Shown: in pieces, positions 46,832 to 60,420 of the stretch
How positions within the stretch are numbered: the first letter of the stretch is position 1
Layout: each line of letters begins with the position of its first letter
NCBI RefSeq assembly: GCF_902713615.1
Contig: NC_052158.1
Location: 32,281,990-32,345,989 of the forward strand
Origin: Scyliorhinus canicula
Lineage: Eukaryota
Length of the DNA: 64,000 nucleotides
Direction: 5' to 3'
Translations under genes and position numbers: made by a program
Notes under the pieces: generated by a model
Database searches by the model: none
What the model saw: the letters and a program-made list of their open reading frames with translations, nothing else
Told to the model about the DNA's origin: nothing

Positions 46832-47866
46832 TTTGTCTATCAAACGGAGAATTACTCCCAGGATTTCTCGTCCAGATACAAATTCCCACCTCAAAGAGTG
46901 GAGTCATTTTTATGCTTTAATAGTGTAAATTAGATTTCAGGAGCTCAATTTAAGGTGATTATTCATGGATTATTCTTATGTTAAAAACTCGACTCAAAAG
47001 CTAAACTCCTTGGGGAACAACTGGAATCTTCTCATCTGTTTTGCTCCAAGGTTTTATTCAGAAGTAACCGGTTTGAATTGGTGTGCGCACAAAATTTGAA
47101 GAAATATCTTTGTTCTACTGAAACCGCGATTTCTCTGAGAACGTTTTGCCCCTTTTTGAAACAGAGCAGACAGTTCATTCCATCACCAAACGACTTTAAG
47201 TTTGGAATTAACCCATTCGATTCCCAGCAGGATGAACATTTCATCTTCATTTTTAAAATAAATCACACAGTGACGATGGTATCCAGTACTGCAAAGTGTA
47301 ACAACATTTCCAGCCGCTTCCTGCAGACCCTCTCTGGATTCTTCCGCCCCGCCCACCACAGGCAGGACGCAGACCATGAAAAGGTCCATTGACGTTGGGA
47401 GGGAATTTCCCGTCGGCAGGTGGGTCCGGCCGGAGAATTCCGCCCTTGTGACACAGCGCGGTGACAATTTGATCCAAAGACTCTGCTGTTTCAAAATGTT
47501 TTGTTATTTCCTGAGCCATATACTTGGGAATGGAAGATCTGAGATAAACACACGAACTAATTAATGACAATCATTTAAAAACCATCAACAAAAAGGGAAG
47601 AAGACATTGGAATTAATGAATTGGATATACGTGAATTAATATTCTAAACAGCTAAATGAGAAATTTCCTGGGATTTAAAATACACTTCAGCTCATTTCTG
47701 TGAAGATTAAGAAATAAACTCTACGTGGAGTTCTCTGAATTTGAGACGATTTGGAAATTATCATTTTTTCTTCTGCTTAAGTAATGAGATGTCAGCAAAG
47801 ATAAAGAGCAATGAATCAAATTGAATGATATCTTATTTTGTTAAATAAGAAAATATTGTATTGGAC

Positions 47867-48655
47867 TGTAAAGATTCTCCAGGGCTCATGAACGATATGT
47901 ACGTTCAATTCCAGCCCCACTTGACCCGGAGTTGCAACACAATTGGATTAAGCAATAATTCTTCAAAAAGTACCCAAAGTCTTTGGCCCTTGGTTGCCCA
48001 GTAATTACAGTTACTAGGTTTGTATATTTTAAACACAATTACCATTTATTTATAACAGAAGTACAATGAAATATGCAGCAAATACAACTGGTTAACTATT
48101 ATCTAATCCCTAATTCCCCACTTTAACAGACCCCACCTTCTACATACACACACAAGAGAGACTCACTCAGAAGAGAAGAGAGTGGTGAAAATAATAAGAA
48201 CAAAAGTTTTTAAAAAGTGTCATTGTTTCAGATGGCTGTTTCTTGCACTGCTCTTCTCTTCAACCTTTGCATTCAGTTCGAGGTTTTCACTGCCGTTTGA
48301 GAAAAAGAGCAGCGTTCCTAGAGAGAACATGAGGGAGCAAGAGAGAGAGAAGGTCCTTTCCTTTTAGCATCCAGGGTTCAAACACTGCTTTCCTTAGGTC
48401 TCTGGAAATCATCCCACTCAGGCAGGATCAAATCACCACCTGTTACCGGGCAGAATACGGGCTTTGGCCAATTCATTGGCCACCAGCCAATCAATCGAAC
48501 TGAGTCCCACGCCATCTCTCAGGTGCCACAATGTCTGAGTTTTGCTGTCCACAGCAAGCAAGTTGTTCTTTTTTGTAACTATGAATTCTTCATTTCCCTT
48601 GCTTGATTAAATATATATATCCATTAAGTATCCATTTATCAACATGATGACAACA
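47867..48655 (-). mobile_element. LTR-like repeat
   Basis: TGTAA...ACA ends and LTR-like composition; no TSD found. Confidence 0.35.
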
Positions 48656-49465
48656 AAGCTAAAGAAAGGGAAAACAAGGGAATCAAAATGAATGATCCTT
48701 ACAGATAGAATGGAATCTAATAAGATGTTTAACATTGTCCGGGGGCGTGGGGAGTGGGGGTCATACGATAAGAGCATGGGGGCCCTGCATTTTCAGAAGC
48801 ACAGGCTCTGCTCATCTTTTAATCCTTTATTTTATCCCGGTGCATATTATATAATTGATGTTTTGGGGGGATATGTGTCATGCACTGAGTCCCTTGTTGA
48901 TCCGCACTGGAGTTTTGCAATGAGGAGCCGAATTAAATCATAGAGAATCCTCGTTTGGTCACGACAGTTGGCTGGGGTGGGACCCATTTCGCAGTGGCAT
49001 TGTTGCTGGTGTGTGGGTATTCGCCCTGGCGTTGCTGTGGACACCAGGATGTTGACCGTCAATGAGAATGTTGTTCTGGATGAGGATCGTGGCTCCGCGG
49101 TGCAGGTCTTTGGATCTCACTTTGAGGAATTGTGAGGGATCCATGAGAGAATGGTGGAGGCACAGGAGAGAATCCTGGTATTTAACAGATAACTTTCCCT
49201 GGTGAGGGTCCACTTTAGATTCGTTGAGGTCCTGCTGCACGGTGTGTCATCGAGCCTGATGGGTTCGAGAGGTGGTGGCTGAACAAAGAGTGTCTGTGAG
49301 TCCGGTCCTGGTGAGAAGTGAGGGCCGCAGCTTGAAAGAGAACTGGGATGTTCCTCCACAAAACTACAGAACACTGGAATGGCAAATCTGACTACTCGCC
49401 TGCTGAAGTCAACGCGACTGGAACCTTTAGTGGTAATGGCCGGACCGCTTAATCATCTCCTCCTC

Positions 49466-52400
49466 ACATAGAACATGGAACATTATAGTGCAGTACAGGC
49501 CCTTTGGCCCTCGATGTTGCGCCAACCTGTGAAACCAATCTAAAGCCCATCTACACTATTCCATTATCATCCAAATGCTTATCCAAAGACCGTTTAAATA
49601 CCCTTAACGTTGGTGAGTCCACTACTGTTGCAGGCAGGCAATTCCACGCCCTTATTACTCTCTGAGTAAAGAATCTACCTCTGACTTCTGTCCTATATCT
49701 ATCCCCGCTCAATTTAAAGCTGTGTCCCGTCATGCTATCCATCACCATCCAAGGAAAAAGGCTCTTACTGTCCACCCTATGTAATCCTCTGATCATCTTG
49801 TATGCCTCTATTAAGTCACCTTCTCCTCTCTAACAAAAACAGCCTCAAGTCACTCAGCCTTTCCTCATAAGATCTTCCCTCCATACCAGGCAACATCCTG
49901 GTGAATCTCCACTGCACCCTTTCCAATTCTTCCACATCCTTCCGATAATGCGGCGACCAGAACTGCACGCAATATTCCAAATGTGGCCGCACCAGAGTTT
50001 TGTATTGCTGCAATATGACCTCATGGCTCCAAAACTCAATCCCTCTACCAATAAAAGCTAACACACCGTACGCCTTCTGAACAACCCTATCAACCTGGGT
50101 GGCAACTTTCAGGGCTTCATGGACACCGAGATCTCTCTGCTCATCCACACTACCAAGAATCTTACCATTAGCCCAGTACTCTGTATTCCTGTTATTCCTT
50201 CTAAAATGAATAACCTCACACTTTTCTGCATTAAGCTTCAGTTGCCACCTCTCAGCCCAGCTCTGCAGCTTATCTATGTCCCTCTGTAACCTGCAACATC
50301 ATTCCGCACTGTCCACAACTCCAACGACTTTAGTGTCATCCGCACATTTACTCACACATCCTTCTACGCCCTCCTCCAGGTCATTTATAAAACTGGCAAA
50401 CAACAGTGGCCCCAAAACAGATCCTTGTGGGACACCACTAGTAACTGAACACCAGGCTGAACATTTCCCATCAACCACCACCACCTGTCGTCTTACAGCT
50501 AGGCAATTTCTGATCCAAACCGCTAAATCACCCTCAATCCCATGCTTCCGTATTTTCTGCAGTAGCCTACCGTGGGGAACCTTATCAAACACTTTACTGA
50601 AATCCATACACACCACATCAACAGCTTTACTGTTGTCGACCTGTTGGTCACCTTCTCAAAGAACTCAATAAGGTTTGTGAGGCGCAACCTACCCTTCACA
50701 AAAACGTGTTGACTCTCTAATCAAATTATTCCTTTCCAGATGATTATAAATCCTGGGTGGGATTCTCCGTGAACTGGAGGGACGGGCCACTCAGGCGCCG
50801 AGGAGTGGCGTGAACCACCCCGGCGCCGGGCCGCCCCGAAGGTGTGGAATCCTCCGCACCTTCAGGGTCTAGGCCGGCTGCAGAGTGGTTTTCGCTGCGC
50901 CAGCCGGCACGGAAGGGGCTTGGCGCCACGCCAACTGGCGCCAAAGGGCCTCCGCCGGCCGGTGTGAGTTGGCGCATGCACGTGAGCGCCAGCCTGTGCT
51001 GGCGTCAAGCTAGTGCATGCGCAGGGGGCTGGTTCATCTCCGCGGCAGCCATCGCGGACTATTACAGCTGCTGCCGCTGAGGAATTGAGTGCCCCACGGC
51101 ACAGGCCCGCCCATGGATCGCATGGCCCCGATTGCGGGCCAGGCCATCATGGGGCTACCCCCCTCCCCCGGGGCTAGATCTCCCTGTGCCCACCCCCGAG
51201 GATCCAGGAGGCTGCCCTCAGAGCCAGATCCCGCCGGTAAGTACCTGCTGTAATTTACACCGGCAGGACGGGCCACAAATGGGCGGCCACTCGGCCCATC
51301 GCGGGCCGGAAATTCACCAGGAGGTGGGGCCGCAGCCAATGGCCCCAGACCGGCGTGGCGTGATTCCCGCCTACGCCAAATCCTTGGCGCCGGACAATTC
51401 GGCAGCCGGTGGGGGCTGGATTCACGCCGACCCCGGCGATTGTTCGACCAGGCGGGGGTCGTAGAATCCCACCCCCTATCTCTTATAATTCTTTCCAAGA
51501 CTTTGCCCACAACAGAAGTAAGGCTCACTGGTCTATAATTACCAGGGTTGTCTCTGCTCCCCTTCTTGTGCAAGGGGACAACATTTGCTATCCTCCAGTC
51601 TTCTGGCACTATTCCTGCAGACAATGACAACATAAAGATCAAAGCCAACGGCTCTGCAATCTCCTCCCTAGCTTCCCAGAAAATCCTAGGATAAATCCCA
51701 TTCGGCCCAGGGTACTTACCTATTTTCACACTTTCCAGAATTGCTAACACCTCCTCCTTATGAACCTCAACCCCATCTGGTCATGTAGCCTGTATCTAAG
51801 TATTCTCCTCGACAACATTGTCTTTTTCCTATGTGAATACTGACAACAAATATTAATTTAGTGCTTCTCCTATCTCCTCGGACTCCACGCACAACTTCCC
51901 ACTGCTGTCCTTGACTGGCCCCACACTTACCCGAGTCATTCGTTTATGCGTGACATACCTGTAGAAAACTTTAGGGTTTTCCTTCATCCTACCTGCCAAA
52001 GACTTCTCATGTCCCCTCCTGGCTCTTCTTAGCTCTCTCTTTAGCTCCTCCCTGGCTAACTTGTAACACTCAAGTGCCCTAACTGAGCCTTCATGTCTCA
52101 TCTTTACATAAGCCTACTTCTTCCTCTTGACAAGTGATTCAACTGCTTTAGTAAACCACGATTCCCTCACACGACCTCTTCCTCCCTGCCTGACAAGTAC
52201 ATACTTATCAAAGACACGCAATAGCTGTTCCTTGAACAAGCTCCACATTTCAATTGTGCCCATCCCCTGCAGTTTCCTTCCCCTTCCTATGCATCCTAAG
52301 TCTTGCCTAATCGCATCATAATTGCCTTTCCCCCACCTATAACTCTTGCCCTGCGGTATATACCTATCCCTTTCCATCACTAAAGTAAACGCAACCGACC

Positions 52401-53735
52401 TGTGGTCACAATCACAAAAGTGCTCACCTACCTCCAAATCTAACACCTGGCCTGGTTCATTACCCAACCAAATCCAATGTGGCCTCGCCTCTTGTTGGCC
52501 TATCTGCATGCTGCATCAGGAAACCCTCCTGCACACATTGGACAAAAACTGACCCATCTAAAGTACTCGAACTATAGTATTTCCAGTCAATATTTGGAAA
52601 GTTAAAGTCCCCCATAACAACTACCGTTACTTTTGCTCCTTTACAGAATCATCTTTGCAATTCTTTCCTCTACATCTCTGGAACTTTTCAGAGGCCTATA
52701 GAAAACTCCCAACAGGGTGACCTCTCCTTTCTTGTTTCGTTTCTAATCTCAGCCCATACTACCTCAGTAGACAAGTCCTCATCAAACGTCCTTTCTGCCA
52801 CAGTAATACTGTCCTTGACTAACAATGCCACACCTCCCCCTCTTTTACCACCTTCCCTGAGCTTACTGAAACATCTAAACCCTGGAATCTGCAACAACCA
52901 TTCCTGTCCGTGCTCTATCCATGTCTCCGAAATGGCCACAAAATTGAAGTCCCAGGTACCAACCCATACTGCAAGTTCACCCACCTTATTCCGGATGCTC
53001 CTGGCGTTGAAGTAGTCACACTTCAAACCACCTTCCTGCCTGCCGGTATACTCCTGCGACCTTGAAACCTTACTCATGACCTCACTACTCTCAACGTCCT
53101 GTACACTGGAGCTACAATTCAGGTTCCCATCCCCTGCTCAATTAGATTAAACCCTCCCGAAGAGCATTAGCAAATTTCCCCCCAGTGTATTGGTATCCCT
53201 CTGGTCCAGGTGTAGACCATCCAGTTTGTATAGGTCCCACCTACCCCAGAATGAGCCCCAATTTTCCAGGTATATGAATCCCTCCCTCCTGCACCATCCC
53301 TGTAGTCACGTGTTCAACTGCTCCTACTCCCTATTCCTCGTCTCACTAGCACGTGGCATGGGTAACAACCCAGAGATAATAACTGTTTGTTCTAGCTCTA
53401 AGATTCCACCTGAGCTCCCTGAATACCTGCCTTACATCCACATCCCTTTTCCTACCTATGTCGTTGGTGCCTATGTGGACCACGACTTGGAGCTGCTCCC
53501 CCTCCCCCTTAAGGATTCCGAAAGCACGATCCGAGACATCACGGACCATGGCACCTGGGAGGCAACACACAAACCACAAGTCTCTCTCATTCCCACAGAA
53601 TCTCCTATCTGTCCCCCTAACTATGGAGTCCCCAATTACTAATGTTCTTCTCCTCTCCCCCCTTCCTTTCTGAGCAACAGAGACAGACTCTGTGCCAGAG
53701 ACCTGTACCCCATGGCTTACCTCTCAATGACTGGT
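49466..53735 (-). mobile_element. Near full-length CR1 LINE (ORF1 SGNH esterase remnant, EN, RT), disrupted
   Basis: VVVHIGTNDIG (ORF1); YFNARSIRNK..VAISETW (EN); [33 protein letters not shown] and CADDTK (RT); 3' tail at about 49470. Confidence 0.93.
50755..51474. mobile_element. PIF/Harbinger-like MITE inserted in the CR1 RT
   Basis: TIR GGGTGGGATTCT / AGAATCCCACCC; exact 3-bp TSD CCT; removing it restores IIRDRIYNHLER. Confidence 0.9.
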
Positions 53736-53751
53736 CCATATACCCTAGCAT

Positions 53752-53752
<1 letters not shown>

Positions 53753-53795
<43 letters not shown>
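53753..53795. repeat. (TA)n(GA)n microsatellite
   Basis: Directly visible. Confidence 0.95.
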
Positions 53796-53796
<1 letters not shown>

Positions 53797-54368
53797 TTTG
53801 AACTCAATTCTCCCTTCTAATATGTTTGAATGTAAATACATGTGTTTTGCCATTTCTTGCATGGAGTAATTAATAAGCTCACTCTATCTTCAACTGAAGA
53901 AAGTCTGGTTAAATTGGCTCCTTGTCCCAGATACCAATAAAAAAAATGTAAAAGGGATCGTTTTAGATTAAATCTTTTTGAGACCAACTGAGGGGTTTGA
54001 ATAAAGACAGGAAGCCAGTTCATTCCTCCTGCTCTCCGGTATTGGAACAGTTTGGGAGTGTCCCAGCCAGACTGTGACAAAGTCAGGAGTCTGCCCGGAT
54101 TAATAACTTTGCAGAACCTGGATTGAGCTGTAATATTCATGATCAGTATGTTAGTTATTATTGTTTCAGTAATTAATAAACTTACTCTTCCTTTGACTCA
54201 AGAAAGACTGGTTAAATGGGGCCATCTAAAAAGTAAATATGTTTGGACTGGGAAATAGTATCCAGAGGGGAAAGGATCACTTTTAAATTAACCATGTTTT
54301 GACCAACCAAGGGGAGTGTGAATAAAGAAGGGGAGACAGCGAGTGCCTCCTCACCTGGGGTCATAACA
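53796..54368 (+). mobile_element. LTR-like repeat
   Basis: AATAAA, ends in TCATAACA, followed by a weak TGGGG PBS-like motif. Confidence 0.35.
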
Positions 54369-54789
54369 AATTGGGGTCCTGTTCTGAAAGTTACATTGAC
54401 TGATTCCTCTTGGAGATATTTGTGTCCATGCTGATTAGCTCTTAAATTTGATAGTCTGGCCACCGCACACGGGACATTCAGAGGAGCAGAAGCAAAGATC
54501 ATGAGGCAAGATGACCAGCATTGAACTTTTAAGAAGACAATGAAAGTCTGGAAGGTTTCTCGGATGGTGCAACTGTTGTGTGATATGCATGACTTCACCA
54601 GGAAGAAAATAAGTTCAATGGGGACAGCATGGCTTCAATCATATTTGAAGACAGTGAAAGTTCGGATGATTAGCAGGATACAGCGCAAAATCCGTACGGA
54701 CCTGATAGCCTTTGACAAATGCAAAATGAGGCTTTGTGGGAAAGGGCAGAGAGGTTACCACTAAACATGATGGGTGAAATCATCAAAGC

Positions 54790-55360
54790 TTTACCAACAG
54801 GGAAAACAGTTCAGACCAATATTCTTATTTCCCTGTTTTACTGATGTTCCATTGGAAAGTACACAAGACCAGTTCTTTTTTTTTTAAATTTAGAGTAACC
54901 AATTAATTTTTTTCCAATTAAGGAGCAATTTAGCGTGTTCAATCCACCTAACCTGCACATTTTGGGGTTTTGGGGGCGAAACCATGCAAACATGGGTTAA
55001 ATGTGCAAACTCCACATGGACAGTGACCCAGAGACGGGAGAGAACCTGGGACCTCAGCGCCGTGGGACTGCAGTGCTAACCCACACAAAACTAGTTCAGA
55101 CCAGTTTTTCCCTGTTTTACTGGTGTTACATTGTAAAGTGTACTCTGCCAGCTCAGACCTGTATCCGTTTTGCAGCAGACCGTGCAGCCTTGCACGGTTT
55201 CCTGGCAGTGTGTGGAGGCTTCAATGGGAAATCCCATTGACAAGCGACGGGTGTATTGAATCCTTCCACCAGCGAAAGGCGAGTCACCGAGAAACACAAG
55301 GTTTGGGGCTCCCAGTTTTACTGATGTGCCATTTTAAAGTGTACAAGATCAGTTCAGAGC
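54790..55360 (+). repeat. Three diverged copies of a ~55-bp unit separated by SINE and MITE remnants
   Basis: CCCTGTTTTACTGATGT..AAAGT..ACAAGA.CAGTTC-like text at about 54830, 55110 and 55312. Confidence 0.5.
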
Positions 55361-55699
55361 AATAATCTTAATTCCCCATTTCGCTGTTTTTTCTTCTGGG
55401 CTGGAAAATAAATCAATGAAGAGCAATTCCAACAGATAGGAAATTATATAGAGATGACTTATGAATGTGAAAATCAAACAGAAGATTAAAGCAGGAATTG
55501 GAGCATTAGTTAGTGTGCAGAAGTGATTTATTCAGTGTCAGTGCAACACGTTACCTGACAAACAGTGTGACATGAAGCTGCTTATACAGCTTAAAGTGTA
55601 AGAAACATTTTCAGATTTTCAGGGCACTGACTTATTCTCCATGGAACAACTAACTTGAAGACAATTACAATGTTAACTGTCAGAGGGAGGAGAATCACA

Positions 55700-56000
55700 G
55701 AATCCCTTCAGTGCAGAAAGAGGTAATTTGGCCCCTCGAGCCTGCACCGACGAGCTGAAAGAGCACCCTTACCTAAGCCCACTCCCCTGCCCTCTCCTCA
55801 TAACACCACGTAATCTTTGTACAATTTATCATGGCCAATTCACCGAACCTGCAGATCTTTGGACTGTGAGAGTCAGCCGGAGCACGCGGAGGAAACCCAC
55901 TCAGAGACGGGAAGAAAGTGCAAACTCCACACAGACACAAGGAGAACGGACAGACTCCGCACAGACAGTGACCCAAGTTCAGAATTAAATCTGGCTCCCT
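55700..56000 (-). mobile_element. HE1-type SINE (older)
   Basis: Family central domain and tail. Confidence 0.75.
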
Positions 56001-56009
56001 GGCGCTGTC

Positions 56010-56352
56010 ATAGATAGAACAGTGCAGCACAGAACAGGCCCTTCGGCCCTCAATGTTGTGCCGAGCCATGATCACCCTACTCAAACCCACGTATCCACCC
56101 TTTTCCCATAACCCAACAACCCCCCCCCCCTAACCTTACTTTTATTAGGACACTACGGGCAATTTATCGCGGCCAATCCACCTAACCCGCACATCTTTGG
56201 ACTGTGGGAGGAAATCAGAGCACCCGGAGGAAACCCACGCACACACGGGGAGAACGTGCAGACTCCACACAGACAGTGACCCAGCCGGGAATCGAACCTG
56301 GAACCCTGGAGCTGTGAAGCATTTATGCTAACCACCATGCTACCCTGCTGCT
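56010..56352 (-). mobile_element. HE1-type SINE
   Basis: Near-identical to 39691-40034. Confidence 0.9.
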
Positions 56353-58132
56353 GTGAGGCGGTAGTGCTAACCACTGTGTCACTGTGCCACCAAAAACGAA
56401 TTTTGGGTTGGAACAATTGTAGACAAAGGAGATATAATAATTAATAAGAACTATCTACAAGCTGGATAAAGTTGAAGGGAGAGCTGGGGATTCTTTCAAG
56501 TCCATGGGTGTGATTCTCTGTCAGCGGGATTCTCCGCTTCACTGGCAATGCACCCACAACCACGGGTTTCCCGACGGCTTGGGCTGGCCACAATGGAAAA
56601 CCCCATTGGCCGCCTGTGGGAATGGGACTCCTGCTGCCGGTGGGAGCGCTACAGAAAACGGGCTGGAGGGACGGAGAATCCCGCCCCATATATTTTCTAT
56701 GGCTGAATTGCCATAGGGGCTAAAGTATATAATTGTCCCTCAGACGATATACAGGTTAGGTGGGGTTACGGGGTTCGGGTGGGGGAGTGGGCCGAGGTGG
56801 GGTGCTCTTTGAGAGGGTCGGTGCAGACTCAATGGGCCGAATGGCCTTATTCTGCTTTGTAGAGACTCTATGGATTCTTTGAATATATGCCGGAATTCTC
56901 CGGCCATTCCCTGATGGTGGGATTCTCTGCCACCACGAGCAGTGTACCCCTCCCACAAGTTTTCCAATGGCATTGGGTGTCCTCTATGAGAATTCCCATT
57001 GACCGTGGCAGGACCAGAGAATCTTCCCGCAATCGAATCAGGCTACCAGGAAACACGCAGCTGGGAGCCCGAGAACCCCGCCCATAATCTGGTGTTCTAT
57101 TTGAATGTAGTATATGCTGATAGCCAAAAAATTAGCAGCACTTCTGTAAAAGAATAAGAAGTTAGGGAAATGAGTTTATACTTTAGAAATAACTATGTTG
57201 GTCAAAAGTGAGTTATGAGAATTCATGAAGAATATTTCCTTCTCAAATGTGGGGAGAACTGTAAGAAATAGGGGACTTCAGAAATGGTGTTTTTTAGAAT
57301 TGTGCAGAATTCGCGTGGATTTCTCCATCCAGACTGACCTCTCTCCCTCTCAGAATAAAAAGAACAATTCTAAAGAATCAGTGACTAAGACAGAATACAG
57401 ATAAAGGTCACAAGGATTGCACTCTGCGATGAGGGCACAAGACTCTACACATATTGCTGAACAAATAGAAAAGGGCCTTTTGATGACCAGCATAACCAAG
57501 ACAGGGTGAACAGTGTCGGGAGGTGAGGACCCTGACATCTTGGATACCGGTCCTGTATCCATTGGTCAGATGGGTTTGAACAGGTGATTGAAACTGGGCA
57601 AACTGCATCAGCCCGAGAAATAAAATATGCCAATGTCTCCTCGTCAGTGGTCCTCGTCCTTCGAGGGAAGATGGACCAGGGGAGAAGGATAAAATCCAAG
57701 AGAAGAGTTCTCTAACACTTAGACTGGAGAGAAGGATGCTGTTATCCCAGATGAACATCCTTTGTAAGAGATGTCCGTTTGTGCTCTGGGATCAATGAAT
57801 TGCTCCTCACTGTCATGTGTTTATTAACATTTCCTGTCGATTGAGTTAATGCACGAGATCCAAACTGTTGCTTCTTCATAAACTTCCATAAAATTACTTA
57901 GGAATATTGGACTGTCTATCTTATATTATCTGCAGCTCCAGAACCCAAAATGATGCAAATCGGTGAAATGGGAAAACATTCAGCAACGGAATCTGATGCA
58001 GAAGGTGCTTTAAGTGATGTATTTTGTAAGCAAGGATGAGAAGAGGTAATATAAACCCAACAGTGCAGGTTTAAAGGGATTGCAGGGACAGAGAGACCTG
58101 AGTCTGTGCTTTATAAATTTAATTTACAGGTA

Positions 58133-58445
58133 GGTCGGCATGGTTGCACAGAGGTTAGCAGTGATTCCTCACCATGCCAGGGGCCTGGGTTCAATTCTGG
58201 CCTTGGAATTTGCACGTTCGGCCTGTTTGTATTTCCTACAAGTGCTCTGGTTTCTTCCCAGTCCATAGGTATGCAGGTTAGGTGGACAGGCCGTGCTAAA
58301 TTGCTCCTTATGTCCAGAAGGTTGGGTGGGGCTACGGGAAGTGGTTGGGGCGTGGGCCTGCGTGGGGTGCTCTTTCAGAGGGTCTGTGCAGACCTGATGG
58401 GCTGAGTCGCCTCCTTCTGTACTGTAGTGGTTCTATGATTCTATC
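58133..58445 (+). mobile_element. Diverged HE1/V-SINE copy
   Basis: tRNA head and tail recognisable. Confidence 0.65.
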
Positions 58446-59029
58446 TGTGTGTTGCTGACTAAGCCAACATTTATTTCTCATTCTTAATTGCCCTTATGCA
58501 GGTGGTGGTGAGCGGCCATCTTGAACCGTTGAAGTCCCTGTGCTGTAGGTACACCCACTGTGCTGTTCGGAATGGTGTTCCAATATTTCGACCCAGCGAC
58601 AGTGAAGCAACAGGAATACATTTTGTGATGACTGGTTGAAGTTGGGGAGTGGGCCTAGGTGGGGTGCTCTTTCACCGCACCAGATTATGGGCAGGTTTCT
58701 CGGGCTCCCAGTTGCGTGCTTCCTGGTAGCGTGATTCGTTGGCGGCAAGATTCTCTGGTGCTGCCACGGTCAATGGGAATTCTCATAGAGGCCACTCAAT
58801 GCCTGCGGGAGGGGTGCACTGCTAGTGGTGGCAGAAAATCCCACCATCAGAGAATGGGCGGAGAATTCTGGCGTATATCCAAAGAATCCATTGAGTCTAC
58901 TATGCAAAAGAAGGCCATTCGGTCCATTGAGTCTGCACCGACCCTCTGAAAGAGCACTCCACCTCGGCCCACTCCCCCACCCTAACCCCGGAAATTGGAT
59001 CGAAGATGGGTGGTCAAATTAGGAGCTAA

Positions 59030-59786
59030 CAGTGTGAGTAAAACTGCTAGCACTAAGCCAGAGGCATACGGCCACACCTGGCCTGGGTTACATTGTCTCA
59101 TTCAAACCTAACCTCTTTAATGACAATAAACAGGATAACCCTATTCAACCAGGGTGATTCATTCAAGATCCATTGTCCTAACGGACACTCTTATCTGGCC
59201 AGCCATTAGCCCATTATAGTCTAATGTCTTCCTTTGTCCATAAATTGGAGGTTAGTTGCATAATGATACCATGGCTCCTGTGTAAATGGAGTGAGTAATC
59301 AAAAACCCAGAATGAGTTCACGTCTGCACACATCTGGACAGAAACATCTTTGAGTGGCTGAGCTGAGCTCAGAGAGTTAAAAGAATCCTGTTCGAAAAGA
59401 TGGGGAGAAGGATTTGGAGAACTTCCCGAAGAGGCCATGAAAACAGAGACAGACTTTCTTACAGGGTCTGAAAGAATCTCACTACCCGCAGGAATATGGT
59501 CTGCAATGCAAATATCTTTTTTGTCTATCTATGTAAGTGGAGTTGAGAGCTGTATGTTCATTTTGCATTTACATTTGCCATTAACATTTCCTGTTTAATG
59601 GGTAATAATGTGTTTGGCTTTTCTTTTGTTATAATAAAGTTTTCTTTATAAAAAATAACCAAACCCTATTTCTCGTATAATCACTCCTGGGAGGAATCAG
59701 TCTTTCCGCACAGTTTTAAAAATAAAAAAGTTGCGGTTCTGGTCCAGTATCTTAGCCATTGCTGGGATCTGGTCTGACGCCCGTAA
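59030..59786 (+). mobile_element. LTR-like repeat
   Basis: AATAAA; ends in CCCGTAACA like other LTR-like repeats here; no TSD verified. Confidence 0.35.
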
Positions 59787-60420
59787 CAATTTCCAAGTCA
59801 GGATTGAGAGTGGCTGGGCAGCATGGTGGCGGTGGTTAGCACTGCTGCCTCACGGCACGGAGGACACGGGTTTGATCCCGGCCCTGGGTCACTGTCCATG
59901 TGCAGTTTGCAAAATCTCCCTGAGACTGCGTGGATCTCACCACACAACCCAAAAAGAGCAGGATAGGTCGGTGCAGGGTAGGTGAATTGGCCAGGCCGAT
60001 GGTGATGGTGTTCCCATCTGTCTGCTGCTCTTGTGCTTCCAGATGGTAGTGGCCCTGGGTTTAGAAGGTGCGGCCTAATGAGCAATGCTATCTGAAGGCA
60101 GCAGCACAGTTTGATCCTTGGCTTTCTAGATAGGAACATAGAGCAATAAAGCAAAGAGGGTTTGCCAAATACTTATAAAATATTAGTTAGACTCCGCTGG
60201 AGCAGGGAGGATGTCAAGGCCTTGGAGAGGGTGCAGAGAGATTTTCTGAAATATTATAGGGAATGGGGAGATTCTGTCTCAATGACAAGAGTTTGTGGAT
60301 TTATTTTTCAGGTACGCATGATTTATTTAATGTTGTTTCCAGTTCTGCACTGGTGTGTTTCTGACAACCAAATGTGGGAATGATTTGATGAATTTTCTAG
60401 ACTTTGAAATAGAATTGACA

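Larger units (their letters stand above)
45055..46859. mobile_element. Older Harbinger-like MITE carrying a nested SINE and a nested MITE
   Basis: Degenerate TIR GGGCAGGATTCTCC / GGAGAATTACTCCC. Confidence 0.55.

Noticed and set aside
47266-47310. CACAGTG heptamer as a possible recombination signal sequence
   Set aside because: No nonamer at 12- or 23-bp spacing and no V/D/J segment nearby.
47032-47570. Unique AT-rich stretch with 70-105-aa ORFs and acceptor-like sites on both strands
   Set aside because: No family recognised and no consistent exon chain. Needs blastx or RNA-seq.
48959-49374. Short minus-strand ORFs next to the CR1 tail
   Set aside because: Probably a decayed repeat fragment; could not be assigned.
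57937-58006. Possible + strand micro-exon (ttatctgcag|...gcagaag|gt)
   Set aside because: Isolated, weak donor, unrecognisable peptide.
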